Of a stretch of DNA of 64,000 nucleotides, positions 1 through 11,091 are shown piece by piece; the first letter of the stretch is position 1; every line of letters starts with the position of its first letter. The stretch comes from Chitinophagaceae bacterium (GTDB lineage: Bacteria; Bacteroidota; Bacteroidia; Chitinophagales; Chitinophagaceae). A program made the position numbers and the translations under genes. Where the stretch lies: assembly GCA_036564845.1 (NCBI GenBank), contig DATCOF010000331.1, positions 944-64,943 on the forward strand. Reading direction: 5' to 3'. Under the pieces are notes generated by a model. The model was not told the origin of the DNA and made no database searches. It saw only the letters and a program-made list of their open reading frames with translations.

Positions 1-773
1 AAATAATAACTAAAAGCATTAAAGCGTTTGGCTAATTTTTCTCCCTGGTAACGCTGATATGATGAAGTTTTAAAATTTTCTAATTTGTCATTCACTTCTT
101 CACTCTGGCTTGCATTGTAAGTAATATAATTGCGGTAAGAGATCAGCGCAATACTTCTTGCCACTTTCATTCCTCCTATCCCTGCATTTTCATTTTTTTC
201 TTTCCATGTTGCATCACATTCAATGCTTAATCTTTGCGATTCATTAAATGCAATGCCCCATGCTGAATGAACTGCATTAGTTGCAAGCGGAAAAATAAAT
301 TCAAATAATTCAGGTTCTTCAATTGCCCACTCCAATAATTGTTGTCCGCCCATTGAGCCGCCAATGCCAACATGAATTTTTCTAATTCCTAAAAATTCTT
401 TTAGCGGCTGATACGCTTTTATCATATCCCTTACTGTGAAGAAAGGAAAATCATGATAGTATGGAGAATTTGTTTCAGGATCAATATCGAGCGGGCCGAT
501 GCTTCCGTAACAACTGCCGGGCATGTTCACACCAATTATAAAATAATTTGAGGGATCAAATAATTTTCCTTCACCAACTAAACCATGCCACCATTCTGCT
601 GCATCACTATTTGCTGTAAGCGCATGAAACACCCATACAACATTATCTTTTGTTTCATTTAATTCTCCATGTGTGGTATACGCAAGATGTATGTCGGGTA
701 GTACTCTTCCTGACTCCAGCGTAAATGGTTTGCCTGTTGAAAATGTGTTGTAAGCCAAATTTGATTCGTTCAA
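1..773 (-). CDS. metX: Homoserine O-acetyltransferase (alpha/beta hydrolase), 3' end runs off the window
   Basis: Hand translation from TTG at 773 gives ...HLAYTTHGELNETKDNVVWVFHALTANS...GIGGSMGGQQLLEW... (GGSMGG nucleophile elbow). Lies downstream of metY. Absent from the ORF track because there is no stop in the window. Start codon uncertain. Confidence 0.85.
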   Translation of the reverse strand, partial: MNESNLAYNTFSTGKPFTLESGRVLPDIHLAYTTHGELNETKDNVVWVFHALTANSDAAEWWHGLVGEGKLFDPSNYFIIGVNMPGSCYGSIGPLDIDPETNSPYYHDFPFFTVRDMIKAYQPLKEFLGIRKIHVGIGGSMGGQQLLEWAIEEPELFEFIFPLATNAVHSAWGIAFNESQRLSIECDATWKEKNENAGIGGMKVARSIALISYRNYITYNASQSEEVNDKLENFKTSSYQRYQGEKLAKRFNAFSYY

Positions 774-814
774 TATTTTAGAAATAAAAATCTATCGATA
801 TGTTTAAAAAAATT

Positions 815-892
815 ACGCAAAGCCGCAAAGAAAAAATAAGGAGCAAATTGTTTATAATCTTTTGCGTCTTTGCTTCTTTATTTCTTTGCGTG
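815..892. repeat. Long imperfect inverted repeat built from CGCAAAG units between metY and metX
   Basis: acgcaaagccgcaaagaaaaaataaggagcaaa (815-847) versus tttgcgtctttgcttctttatttctttgcgtg (861-892). Confidence 0.7.
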
Positions 893-899
893 AAATTTT

Positions 900-2234
<1,335 letters not shown>

Positions 2235-2289
2235 TTAAATGATGAGAATTTTTAAGAAAATATAGTAAAGTAATATGTAGATGCGGAAA

Positions 2290-2322
2290 GCCGTAAGGGC
2301 TATAGAATATATGCCTTACGGC
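2290..2322 (-). promoter_or_regulatory. 9-bp hairpin overlapping the stop codon of the Cys/Met leader; putative attenuator or pause element
   Basis: Minus strand reads GCCGTAAGG-N15-CCTTACGGC, followed by TTTCC. Confidence 0.6.
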
Positions 2323-2381
2323 ATAATACAACAACAGATCATGTTGCAGCAAAAGAAAATATGTGTTGATGTTGTTTTCAT
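2316..2381 (-). CDS. Putative Cys/Met-rich leader peptide MKTTSTHIFFCCNMICCCIMP upstream of metY
   Basis: Hand translation gives 21 aa with 5 Cys and 3 Met. It starts just downstream of a TAATTTTG promoter element and ends inside a hairpin. Confidence 0.7.
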   Translation of the reverse strand: MKTTSTHIFFCCNMICCCIMP

Positions 2382-2388
2382 TCCTGTA

Positions 2389-2420
2389 CAAAATTATTAC
2401 TTTTTTGATAAAATGGCTAA
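2389..2420 (-). promoter_or_regulatory. Bacteroidota sigmaA-type promoter for the met leader
   Basis: -7 element TAATTTTG (complement of 2389-2396) and a TTAG -33-like element 20 nt upstream. Confidence 0.6.
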
Positions 2421-2456
2421 AATATTTATGTCCATGACAATCAGCTGTAATTTTTT

Positions 2457-2488
2457 TTTGTTTGAATGGCTATTCATCCTTTACTTTG
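2457..2488 (+). promoter_or_regulatory. Putative promoter for the his leader/operon
   Basis: TTTG (2457-2460), 20-nt spacer, then TTACTTTG (2481-2488), one mismatch to TAnnTTTG. Confidence 0.45.
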
Positions 2489-2496
2489 CATAAACA

Positions 2497-2544
2497 ATGA
2501 AACTATTTATACATATCCATCATCATTCTCTGCCCCTCGGGTAG
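2497..2544 (+). CDS. hisL: His operon leader peptide MKLFIHIHHHSLPLG
   Basis: 15 aa with 4 His codons, 3 of them consecutive. Directly upstream of a terminator and hisG. Confidence 0.78.
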   Translation: MKLFIHIHHHSLPLG

Positions 2545-2576
2545 GCTATGTTGATATATGTGTTAAACATATTCTC

Positions 2577-2607
2577 AAAAGGGCTTACAAAACGTAAGTC
2601 CTTTTTT
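2577..2607 (+). terminator. Attenuator terminator of the his operon
   Basis: AAAAGGGCTTAC-AAAAC-GTAAGTCCTTTTTT: stem-loop with a U-tract, 28 nt before the hisG start. Confidence 0.8.
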
Positions 2608-2635
2608 ATTTTTATGAACTTTTGAAATAATTAGT

Positions 2636-3487
2636 ATGCTAAAAATTGCTATTCAAAAATCGGGAAGGTTGTATGAGGATTCAATAAAACTTTTAAAAGA
2701 ATGTGGCATTGAATTTAATAATGGTAACAAACAATTAAAAGCTGTGGCTTATAATTTTCCTGTAGAAGTTTATTTTTTCAGGGACGATGACATTCCGCAA
2801 TATGTATATGACGGAGTTGCCGATATAGGTTTTGTTGGTGAAAATGTTTTGCTTGAAAAAGAAAAGGATGTTGACCTTGTTTATCGTCTCGGATTTGGAA
2901 GATGCAGACTGAGTATTGCTGTTCCAAAAAGTATGGCATATAATTCGATCAATGATCTTGATGGATTAAAAATTGCAACTTCCTATTCCTCGATTTTACA
3001 AAAATTTCTCTCAGGGAAAAAAGTGAATGCCGAAATTCATGAGATAAGTGGTTCTGTTGAAATAGCGCCTGGCATTGGGTTAGCAGATGCTATCTGTGAT
3101 TTGGTTAGCAGTGGCAGCACACTTTTTACGAATGGATTAAAAGAAGTTGAAGTTATTTTGCGGTCTGAAGCAGTGTTGTGTGCCAATAAAAATTTATCGG
3201 AAGAGAATAAGAATATTTTGGAAAAATTATTGCTTAGAATTAATGCAGTTAAAGCAGCAAAGAATAACAAATACATATTATTGAATGCCCCCAATCATCA
3301 ACTGAAAAATATTGCTGCAGTGCTGCCCGGCATGAAAAGCCCTACTGTAGTGCCTTTGGCGGAAGAAGGTTGGAGTAGTGTGCAGAGTGTAATAAATGAA
3401 AATGTATTTTGGGAGGTAATCGAAAAATTAAAAGCATTGGGGGCAGAAGGGATTTTAGTTGTACCCATTGAAAAGATGATAATGTAA
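2636..3487 (+). CDS. hisG: ATP phosphoribosyltransferase (long form)
   Basis: LKIAIQKSGRL, RDDDIPQYV, GSVEIAPGIGLADAICDLVSSGSTL. Confidence 0.97.
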   Translation: MLKIAIQKSGRLYEDSIKLLKECGIEFNNGNKQLKAVAYNFPVEVYFFRDDDIPQYVYDGVADIGFVGENVLLEKEKDVDLVYRLGFGRCRLSIAVPKSMAYNSINDLDGLKIATSYSSILQKFLSGKKVNAEIHEISGSVEIAPGIGLADAICDLVSSGSTLFTNGLKEVEVILRSEAVLCANKNLSEENKNILEKLLLRINAVKAAKNNKYILLNAPNHQLKNIAAVLPGMKSPTVVPLAEEGWSSVQSVINENVFWEVIEKLKALGAEGILVVPIEKMIM

Positions 3488-3520
3488 ACCCCTCTAAATC
3501 TCCCCTAAAGGGGAGACTTT
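3486..3520. repeat. CCCCT-AAA-GGGGAG palindromic element, copy 1 (hisG-hisD spacer)
   Basis: aaacccctctaaatctcccctaaaggggagacttt; nearly identical to 51577-51607. Confidence 0.85.
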
Positions 3521-3535
3521 AAAGATTGAAATACT

Positions 3536-4816
3536 ATGCAAATATTTATAAATCCTTCAAGAGAAAAATGGGCTGAGATAATTGAGCGTCCAAAGATCAA
3601 TGATGCCGAACTGAAATTTATTGTCGCTGATATTTTAAAGGATATAAAAGAAAATGGTGATGAGGCAATAAAAAAATACTGCCTGCAGTTTGGCAAAGTT
3701 TTGTTGCACGATCTAAAAGTAAGTGATGCTGAAATTGATGAGGCTGTTAAACTGGTAGATGAAGACCTGAAAGCTGCAATTCAATTAGCGAAAAAAAATA
3801 TTGAAAAATTTCATGCAGCGCAAAAACAGGAAGAGAAAAAAATTGAAACTGCAAAAGGAGTCTTGTGTTGGCGTAAATCTGTAGCCATAGAAAAAGTTGG
3901 CTTATATATTCCCGGTGGGACTGCGCCTCTTTTTTCAACCTTACTAATGCTTGGGATACCCGCTGTGATGGCTGGCTGCAAAGAAATTGTTATTTGTACA
4001 CCATCGGATACTAATGGGAATATCAATCCTGTTATTTTATACACTGCGCAATTATTAGGATTAAAAAATATTTATAAAGTTGGAGGCGTTCAGGCAATTG
4101 CAGCAATGGCTTATGGAAGTGAAAGCATTGAAAAAGTGTATAAAATTTTTGGTCCGGGAAATCAATTTGTTACCTGTGCAAAACAAATGATAAACATGGA
4201 TGGGGTGGCCATTGATATGCCTGCAGGCCCAAGTGAAGTAGCCGTGTATGCTGATGAAAGTTGTGAGCCGGCTTTTGTTGCTTCAGATCTTTTAAGCCAG
4301 GCAGAACATGGCGTTGACAGCAATGTGTTATTAGTTGCTTCATCAGAAAGTATAGTTGAAAAAGTGAAGGAAGAGATCAATGTTCAAATAAAAGATCTGC
4401 CAAGAAAAAATGTAGCTGAAGCAGCCCTCTCAAAAAGTAATTTAGTTGTGATGCAAGATGTTGATGAAGCATTTTGTTTATTGAATGAATATGCAGCAGA
4501 ACATTTGATACTGGCATCTGATAATGCTTCGCAGCTTTCAGAAAAAGTGGTAAATGCAGGCAGTGTTTTTCTCGGAAATTATTCTCCTGAAAGTGTTGGT
4601 GATTATGCATCAGGAACCAATCATACTTTGCCTACCAATGGTTATGCAAAAGCTTATTCAGGCGTTTCGCTGGATAGTTTTGTAAAGAAAATTACTTTTC
4701 AAAAATTAAGTAAAGAAGGACTAAAAAATATTGGTAACGCTGTAGAGCTGATGGCCGCTGCTGAAGGGCTTGATGCACATAAGAATGCAGTATCAATTCG
4801 TTTGAAAAATTTATGA
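3536..4816 (+). CDS. hisD: Histidinol dehydrogenase
   Basis: VGLYIPGG, KIFGPGNQFV, DMPAGPSEV, DLLSQAEH, GDYASGTNHTLPT. Confidence 0.97.
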   Translation: MQIFINPSREKWAEIIERPKINDAELKFIVADILKDIKENGDEAIKKYCLQFGKVLLHDLKVSDAEIDEAVKLVDEDLKAAIQLAKKNIEKFHAAQKQEEKKIETAKGVLCWRKSVAIEKVGLYIPGGTAPLFSTLLMLGIPAVMAGCKEIVICTPSDTNGNINPVILYTAQLLGLKNIYKVGGVQAIAAMAYGSESIEKVYKIFGPGNQFVTCAKQMINMDGVAIDMPAGPSEVAVYADESCEPAFVASDLLSQAEHGVDSNVLLVASSESIVEKVKEEINVQIKDLPRKNVAEAALSKSNLVVMQDVDEAFCLLNEYAAEHLILASDNASQLSEKVVNAGSVFLGNYSPESVGDYASGTNHTLPTNGYAKAYSGVSLDSFVKKITFQKLSKEGLKNIGNAVELMAAAEGLDAHKNAVSIRLKNL

Positions 4817-5871
4817 GTGTTATGAAATTTGAGTTGCAAAAATTGATAAGAGATAATATAAGGAAGCTTACACCTTATTCATCCGCACGCCATGAATTTA
4901 AAGGCGAAGCATCAGTATTTTTAGATGCTAATGAAAATAGTTTTGGCTCGCCGCTGCCTGAAAGTTTTAATCGCTACCCTGATCCTTTGCAATGGCAATT
5001 AAAATTTGAGTTGGCAAAAATTAAAGGAGTTCCTGCAGAATATATTTTTATTGGCAACGGAAGTGATGAAGTTATCGATCTTGCTTATAGGATTTTTTGC
5101 AATCCTAAAAAGGATAATGTGATCCTCTGCCCACCCACTTATGGTATGTATGAAGTGAGTGCGAACATCAATGATGTTGAAATAAGAAAAGTAAATCTTA
5201 CAGAAAATTTTCAATTGGATGTCGATGGGATATTAGCCGCTACTGATCAAAACACAAAACTTCTTTTTATTTGTTCTCCCAACAATCCTACGGGCAATAA
5301 CATGAAAAGGGCAGATGTTGAATTGCTGCTGAATAATTTCCCTGGGATCGTAATTATTGATGAAGCGTATATAAATTTTTCAAGACAAAAAACTTTTATA
5401 CAGGAACTTACTGAATATGAAAATCTCATTGTTATGCAAACGCTTTCAAAAGCATGGGGGCTTGCTTCATTGCGCCTTGGGCTTGCGTTTGCTTCATTGC
5501 CAATAATCGAGATCTTTAATAAGGTAAAACCACCTTACAACATAAATAAAGCATCGCAGGCGTTGGCGATTGAGGCTTTACAAAATACGCAACAGGTTAA
5601 TGACTGGATAAAACAAACAGTTGAGCAAAGAGAATTTCTTATAAAAAAATTATCCGGTTTTTCTTTTGTTAAAAAAATATTTGAGAGTGATGCCAATTTT
5701 TTATTGGTAAGAGTTGGGGATGCACGTGCGTTGTATAATTATCTCTCGCAAAATAAAATTATTGTAAGAAACAGGAGCAAGGAAATAATGTGTGATAATT
5801 GTTTGCGGATAACGATAGGTACTCCTGCAGAAAATCTTGACCTGATAAAAGCATTAAAAAATTATGAGTAA
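4813..5871 (+). CDS. hisC: Histidinol-phosphate aminotransferase
   Basis: [32 protein letters not shown]. Confidence 0.96.
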   Translation: MSVMKFELQKLIRDNIRKLTPYSSARHEFKGEASVFLDANENSFGSPLPESFNRYPDPLQWQLKFELAKIKGVPAEYIFIGNGSDEVIDLAYRIFCNPKKDNVILCPPTYGMYEVSANINDVEIRKVNLTENFQLDVDGILAATDQNTKLLFICSPNNPTGNNMKRADVELLLNNFPGIVIIDEAYINFSRQKTFIQELTEYENLIVMQTLSKAWGLASLRLGLAFASLPIIEIFNKVKPPYNINKASQALAIEALQNTQQVNDWIKQTVEQREFLIKKLSGFSFVKKIFESDANFLLVRVGDARALYNYLSQNKIIVRNRSKEIMCDNCLRITIGTPAENLDLIKALKNYE

Positions 5872-7006
5872 AAAAATATTATTTATCGACAGGGACGGAA
5901 CATTAATTAAAGAGGCACCGCCAACTTATCAGCTGGATTCATTTCCTAAACTGGAGTTTTATCCGCACATGTTTGAATACATGACGAAGATCGCCAAGGA
6001 ACTGGATTATGAATTGCTGATGGTTACAAACCAGGATGGGCTTGGCACTGAGGTGTTTCCTGAAAATACCTTTTGGCCTGTTCATGATTTTATTATGAAG
6101 AGCTTGGAGAATGAAGATATTTTTTTTGATAAAGTATTTATCGACCGAACATTTCCTGCAGACAATGCCCCAACAAGAAAACCGGGGACAGCAATGTTGA
6201 CTGAATATCTCAACAATGAAAATTATGATATCGCAAATTCTTTTGTAATTGGTGATCGCATTACAGATGTTTTGTTGGCAAAAAATATCGGATGTAAAGC
6301 ATTGTGGTTAAATAATCATGATGATCTCGGTGCTACTGAAGTCAAAGCATCAAGCGACGAATTAAAGAATACAATTGCTCTTGAAACAATCAGATGGAAG
6401 GATATTTATGAATTTCTAAAACTTCCATCCCGTAAAGTTTTTCATGAGCGAAATACGAATGAAACAAAAATTGCAATAGAATTAAATTTAGATGGAACGG
6501 GAAAGGCTGATATAAAAACAGGCCTTGCTTTTTTTGATCACATGCTGGAGCAAATTGCAAAGCATGGCAATATTGATCTTGCAATTAAGTGTAATGGTGA
6601 TCTTCATATTGATGAACATCATTCTATTGAAGATGTTGGTATCGCACTTGGAGAAGCCATGGCAAAGGTTTTGGGAAACAAAAGAGGAATTGAACGTTAC
6701 GGATTTTTATTGCCAATGGATGATTGCCTTGCACAGGTCGCTCTTGATTTTGGAGGAAGAAGTTGGCTGGTTTGGGATGCTGAATTTAAAAGAGAAAAGA
6801 TTGGAGAGATGCCGACAGAAATGTTCTATCATTTTTTTAAGTCATTTAGCGATGCTTCAAAATCTAATCTCAATATTAAAGCAGAAGGGCAAAATGAGCA
6901 TCATAAAATTGAATCTATTTTTAAAGCGTTTGCCAAAGCAATAAAAATGGCAGCGAAAAGAGATATAAATAATAATTCACTTCCATCAACAAAGGGAATT
7001 TTATAA
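5864..7006 (+). CDS. hisB: Bifunctional histidinol-phosphatase / imidazoleglycerol-phosphate dehydratase
   Basis: N-terminal HAD motif FIDRDGTL; C-terminal [12 protein letters not shown] and [12 protein letters not shown]. Confidence 0.96.
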   Translation: MSKKILFIDRDGTLIKEAPPTYQLDSFPKLEFYPHMFEYMTKIAKELDYELLMVTNQDGLGTEVFPENTFWPVHDFIMKSLENEDIFFDKVFIDRTFPADNAPTRKPGTAMLTEYLNNENYDIANSFVIGDRITDVLLAKNIGCKALWLNNHDDLGATEVKASSDELKNTIALETIRWKDIYEFLKLPSRKVFHERNTNETKIAIELNLDGTGKADIKTGLAFFDHMLEQIAKHGNIDLAIKCNGDLHIDEHHSIEDVGIALGEAMAKVLGNKRGIERYGFLLPMDDCLAQVALDFGGRSWLVWDAEFKREKIGEMPTEMFYHFFKSFSDASKSNLNIKAEGQNEHHKIESIFKAFAKAIKMAAKRDINNNSLPSTKGIL

Positions 7007-7600
7007 ATGAATATTACGATCATAAAATATAATGCAGGCAACGTGCAAAGTGTTCAATATGCTTTGGAGAGGTTAGGCTATAATGCAATTGTAACTGATG
7101 ATCATGCTGCGATACAAAATGCAGACAAAGTAATTTTTCCGGGAGTGGGGAATGCTTATTCTGCGATGGAAAGTCTTAAAGAAAAAAATCTTGACGAAGT
7201 TATTAAAAGCCTTACGCAACCTGTGTTAGGAATATGTGTTGGTATGCAATTAATGTGCAATCATTCTGAAGAAAATGATACAACCGGATTAGGTATTATA
7301 GATCTGAATGTAAAAAAATTTATTGCAGAAGATAAAAAATATAAGATACCTCAAATGGGATGGAATAATATTTATAATTTATCATCCCCCTTGTTTGAAG
7401 GTGTAAAAGAAAATTCATTTGTTTATTATGTACACAGCTTTTATGCTGAGTATGGAAAAGAAACGATCGCGACTTCCGATTATATTTTCCCTTATAGTGC
7501 AGTAGTTCAAAAGAATAATTTTTATGGCGTTCAGTTTCATACTGAGAAGTCCGCAGAAGTTGGCGACAAAATTTTATTGAATTTTTTAAATTTAAAATAG
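7007..7600 (+). CDS. hisH: Imidazole glycerol phosphate synthase, glutaminase subunit
   Basis: LGICVGMQL and GVQFHTEKS class I amidotransferase triad. Confidence 0.96.
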   Translation: MNITIIKYNAGNVQSVQYALERLGYNAIVTDDHAAIQNADKVIFPGVGNAYSAMESLKEKNLDEVIKSLTQPVLGICVGMQLMCNHSEENDTTGLGIIDLNVKKFIAEDKKYKIPQMGWNNIYNLSSPLFEGVKENSFVYYVHSFYAEYGKETIATSDYIFPYSAVVQKNNFYGVQFHTEKSAEVGDKILLNFLNLK

Positions 7601-8322
7601 TGCAAATAATTCCTGCGATAGATATCATTAATGGTAAGTGTGTAAGACTCACCAAAGGTGATTACGACAAGAAAATAATTTATCATGATGATCCGCTTGA
7701 TGCTGCCAGATCGTTTGAAGACGCTGGTTTGCAGCGTTTGCATATTGTAGATCTTGATGGAGCAAAAGCAGGAAGTATACAAAATTTGAAAGTGCTTGAA
7801 TCAATTGCAACTAATACAAAACTGGTAATTGATTTTGGAGGCGGCATAAAAAATATCAACGATGTAAGTAGTGTTTTTAATGCCGGTGCTTCTATGATTA
7901 CGTTGGGTAGTATTGCAGTTAAACATCCGGAAGTTGTTGAGGAATGGCTGATGGAATTTGGCGCTGATAAAATTTTAATTGGCGCAGATGTTTTGGATGA
8001 AAAAATAAAGATCAGTGGATGGATAGAGGATGCAGGGATTTCTGTTTTTGATTTTATTGCGAAGATGCTTGCGTTAGGAGCATTGCATATATTTTGTACT
8101 GACATTGCAAAAGATGGAGTGATGACCGGGCCTTCTGTTGAATTGTATAAAAATATTATGGAAAAATTTCCCTCGCTGCAATTTATTGCCAGCGGGGGTG
8201 TTAGTAGAATTGATGATGTTATTGAATTGCAAAATATTGGTTGCAGCGGAGTAATTATTGGTAAAGCTATTTATGAAGGAAAAATAACTTTAGAACAATT
8301 AAAAGATTTTATGATCACGTGA
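7600..8322 (+). CDS. hisA: ProFAR isomerase
   Basis: IIPAIDIINGKCVRL, HIVDLDGA, TDIAKDG, IASGGV. GTG start overlaps the hisH stop. Confidence 0.96.
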   Translation: MQIIPAIDIINGKCVRLTKGDYDKKIIYHDDPLDAARSFEDAGLQRLHIVDLDGAKAGSIQNLKVLESIATNTKLVIDFGGGIKNINDVSSVFNAGASMITLGSIAVKHPEVVEEWLMEFGADKILIGADVLDEKIKISGWIEDAGISVFDFIAKMLALGALHIFCTDIAKDGVMTGPSVELYKNIMEKFPSLQFIASGGVSRIDDVIELQNIGCSGVIIGKAIYEGKITLEQLKDFMIT

Positions 8323-8343
8323 CGAATATTTTAAAAACTGAGT

Positions 8344-9162
8344 ATGAATAATAGTGGCGATAACAGCACATTTCTCAATCTCCCCTTTAGGGGGGCAGGG
8401 GGTGGGTTAACAAAAAGGATCATTCCATGTTTGGATATTAAAGACGGCAGAACCGTAAAGGGTATCAATTTTGAAAATATCCGTGATGCCGGTGATCCGG
8501 TAGAACTCGCAAAATTTTATTCACAGCAGGGCGCAGATGAATTGGTTTTTCTTGATATTACTGCTACGATTGAAAAAAGAAAAACACTTGTTGAGTTTGT
8601 AAAAAAACTCGCTCATAATATCAACATTCCGTTTACAGTTGGTGGTGGAATTTCTTCTGTAGAAAACGTGGCTGAACTTCTGCAACATGGCGCTGATAAG
8701 ATATCTGTTAACACTGCCGCTTATAAAGGTCCTGAGTTAATAAAAAAAATCGCAGATGAATTTGGAAGTCAATGTGTGGTTCTCGCAATTGATACGAAAA
8801 GAGAAGATGATGGAGAATGGTATGTTTATTTAAATGGCGGCAGAACAAAAACGGATACAAAAACAATTGATTGGGCAAAGCACGCTGTTGATCTGGGGGC
8901 TGGCGAAATTTTGCTTACATCAATGAATAATGATGGAACTAAAAACGGATTTGCATTGGACATCACTTCGCTATTGTCAAACGCACTTCCTGTCCCGGTA
9001 ATCGCTTCCGGCGGCGCAGGAACAATGGCACACTTTGTAGAAGTATTTAACAAAGCCAGTGCTGATGCAGCTTTGGCGGCAAGCATCTTTCATTATAAAG
9101 AAATTGAAATACCTGTATTAAAAAATTATTTAAAAGAGAACAATATAAATGTAAGAATATGA
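8344..9162 (+). CDS. hisF: Imidazole glycerol phosphate synthase, cyclase subunit, with a ~20-aa N-terminal extension
   Basis: [39 protein letters not shown]. Confidence 0.96.
   Translation: MNNSGDNSTFLNLPFRGAGGGLTKRIIPCLDIKDGRTVKGINFENIRDAGDPVELAKFYSQQGADELVFLDITATIEKRKTLVEFVKKLAHNINIPFTVGGGISSVENVAELLQHGADKISVNTAAYKGPELIKKIADEFGSQCVVLAIDTKREDDGEWYVYLNGGRTKTDTKTIDWAKHAVDLGAGEILLTSMNNDGTKNGFALDITSLLSNALPVPVIASGGAGTMAHFVEVFNKASADAALAASIFHYKEIEIPVLKNYLKENNINVRI
8378..8408. repeat. Palindromic element, copy 2, read in frame inside the hisF 5' end
   Basis: atctcccctttaggggggcagggggtgggtt encodes LPFRGAGGG. Its reverse complement shares the cccctaaaggggag core with copy 1. Confidence 0.75.
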
Positions 9163-9764
9163 ATGACCTTAAACCTGATTTTTTAAAGTATGCTGATGGA
9201 TTGATCCCTGCAGTAGTACAGGATGCAGATACTAGTATTGTATTGATGCTTGGATTTATGAATGAAGAAGCATTACAAAAAACTATAGAAACAAAATTGG
9301 TTACTTTTTTCAGCAGGGCAAAACAGCGTTTATGGACCAAAGGAGAAACGAGTGAAAATTATTTACATCTTATTGATATAAAAATTGATTGTGATAATGA
9401 TACACTTTTAATAAAAGCAAAACCGGACGGGCCTGTTTGCCACACAGGTGCTGATACATGTTTTAATGAAAAAAATATCGGCACAAATTTTCTTTCTCGT
9501 CTTGAAAAAATAATTCAATCCCGAAAAATTAATGGGACGGAAACTTCTTATGTAAATTCTCTTTTTAAAAAAGGGATAAATAAAATTGCCCAGAAAGTGG
9601 GTGAAGAAGCTGTGGAACTGGTGATCGAAGCGAAAGACAGCAATGATGAATTATTTATTAATGAAGCTGCAGATCTTTTATTTCATTACCTCATTTTACT
9701 AAACGCAAAAGGACTTGTGCTTGATGATGTTGTTACTGTTTTAAAAGAACGGCATTCAAAATAG
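9159..9764 (+). CDS. hisIE: Bifunctional phosphoribosyl-AMP cyclohydrolase / phosphoribosyl-ATP pyrophosphatase
   Basis: [35 protein letters not shown]. Confidence 0.96.
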   Translation: MNDLKPDFLKYADGLIPAVVQDADTSIVLMLGFMNEEALQKTIETKLVTFFSRAKQRLWTKGETSENYLHLIDIKIDCDNDTLLIKAKPDGPVCHTGADTCFNEKNIGTNFLSRLEKIIQSRKINGTETSYVNSLFKKGINKIAQKVGEEAVELVIEAKDSNDELFINEAADLLFHYLILLNAKGLVLDDVVTVLKERHSK

Positions 9765-11063
9765 TTATTTAGCCAATAAGAATTCTTTAAAAGAAGCATA
9801 ATCAACATTCATTTTAATGCTTTTCTTTTTTTCTTTCAACAGATCTTTTATTGCGGAAGGCATAGGAACTGCCTGTTCAATTATAGGTTCTACAACATCA
9901 TAAAATTTTACAGGATGTGCTGTCTCCAAAAATATTCCCTGTAGGTCAGGATGAATTTGTAAATATTTTTTTAGCGCTACATATCCAACAGCACCATGCG
10001 GATCGAGTAAATAATTTTTATTTAGAAAAACATCTTTTAGAACTGATCTCGTTTCTTCATCCGAAATGCTATAGCTCGTCAAAACTTTTTTAAGAGAAAT
10101 AAATTCCCTATTAAAAATTTCGAGAATGCGGATAAAATTACTTGGATCACCAACATCCATTGCATTTGATATTGTTGCAACAGATTTTTTAGTAGTATAC
10201 TTTTCTGTTTGCATGTAACTGGGAACAATATCGTTTGCATTACAAGCTGCAATAAAATGCTGTACCGGCAAGCCAGATCGATGCGCTAATATTCCTGCAC
10301 AAATATTTCCGAAATTGCCGCTGGGCACGCTTATTACGGGAAAGTGATCTTTATCCTTCCATTGTTGATAAGCGAAAAAATAATAGAACTGTTGTGGAAG
10401 CCAGCGTGCAACATTGATAGAATTAGCCGAAGTAAGAAATAATTTTTTATTTATTTCATCATCTGTAAAAGCTTTTTTTACCAGCGCCTGGCAATCATCA
10501 AATGTTCCGTCAACTTCTAATGCAGTTATGTTTTTTTCTAAAGTAGTTAATTGTAATTCCTGAACACTGCTCACTTTTCCTGATGGATACAAGATAACAA
10601 CATCAACTCCTTCCACATCATAAAAACCATTGGCAACAGCCCCGCCTGTGTCACCTGAAGTTGCAACAAGAACAGTTATTTTTTTGTTTTGATCTTTTAC
10701 AAAATAGCCAAGACAACGGCTCATAAATCTTGCGCCAACATCTTTAAATGCAAGCGTGGGACCATGAAATAATTCGAGAGAGAAAATATTTTCTTCAACC
10801 TTAACTAATGGAAATTCAAAATTGATTGTTTCTGCAACAATTCTTTCCAATTCATTTTTTGGAATTACATCGCCTATGTAAGGTTGAATAACTGTGTATG
10901 CAATTTCTTCTTTAGAAAGTTTATCAATATTATTGATAAAAATTTCAGATACCTGCGGAATGCTTTCAGGAAAGTATAATCCTTTGTCCGGCGCCTGTCC
11001 TTTGATGGTCGCTTCTTTAAAGTTTACTATTGGCGAGTTATGATTGGTACTGTGGTAAAGCAT
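9765..11063 (-). CDS. thrC: Threonine synthase
   Basis: ELFHGPTLAFKDVGARF, ATSGDTG, SVPSGNFGN, LETAHPVKF. Confidence 0.97.
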   Translation of the reverse strand: MLYHSTNHNSPIVNFKEATIKGQAPDKGLYFPESIPQVSEIFINNIDKLSKEEIAYTVIQPYIGDVIPKNELERIVAETINFEFPLVKVEENIFSLELFHGPTLAFKDVGARFMSRCLGYFVKDQNKKITVLVATSGDTGGAVANGFYDVEGVDVVILYPSGKVSSVQELQLTTLEKNITALEVDGTFDDCQALVKKAFTDDEINKKLFLTSANSINVARWLPQQFYYFFAYQQWKDKDHFPVISVPSGNFGNICAGILAHRSGLPVQHFIAACNANDIVPSYMQTEKYTTKKSVATISNAMDVGDPSNFIRILEIFNREFISLKKVLTSYSISDEETRSVLKDVFLNKNYLLDPHGAVGYVALKKYLQIHPDLQGIFLETAHPVKFYDVVEPIIEQAVPMPSAIKDLLKEKKKSIKMNVDYASFKEFLLAK

Positions 11064-11091
11064 TGTGATATTTTAATATTTTCTGTCTTTT

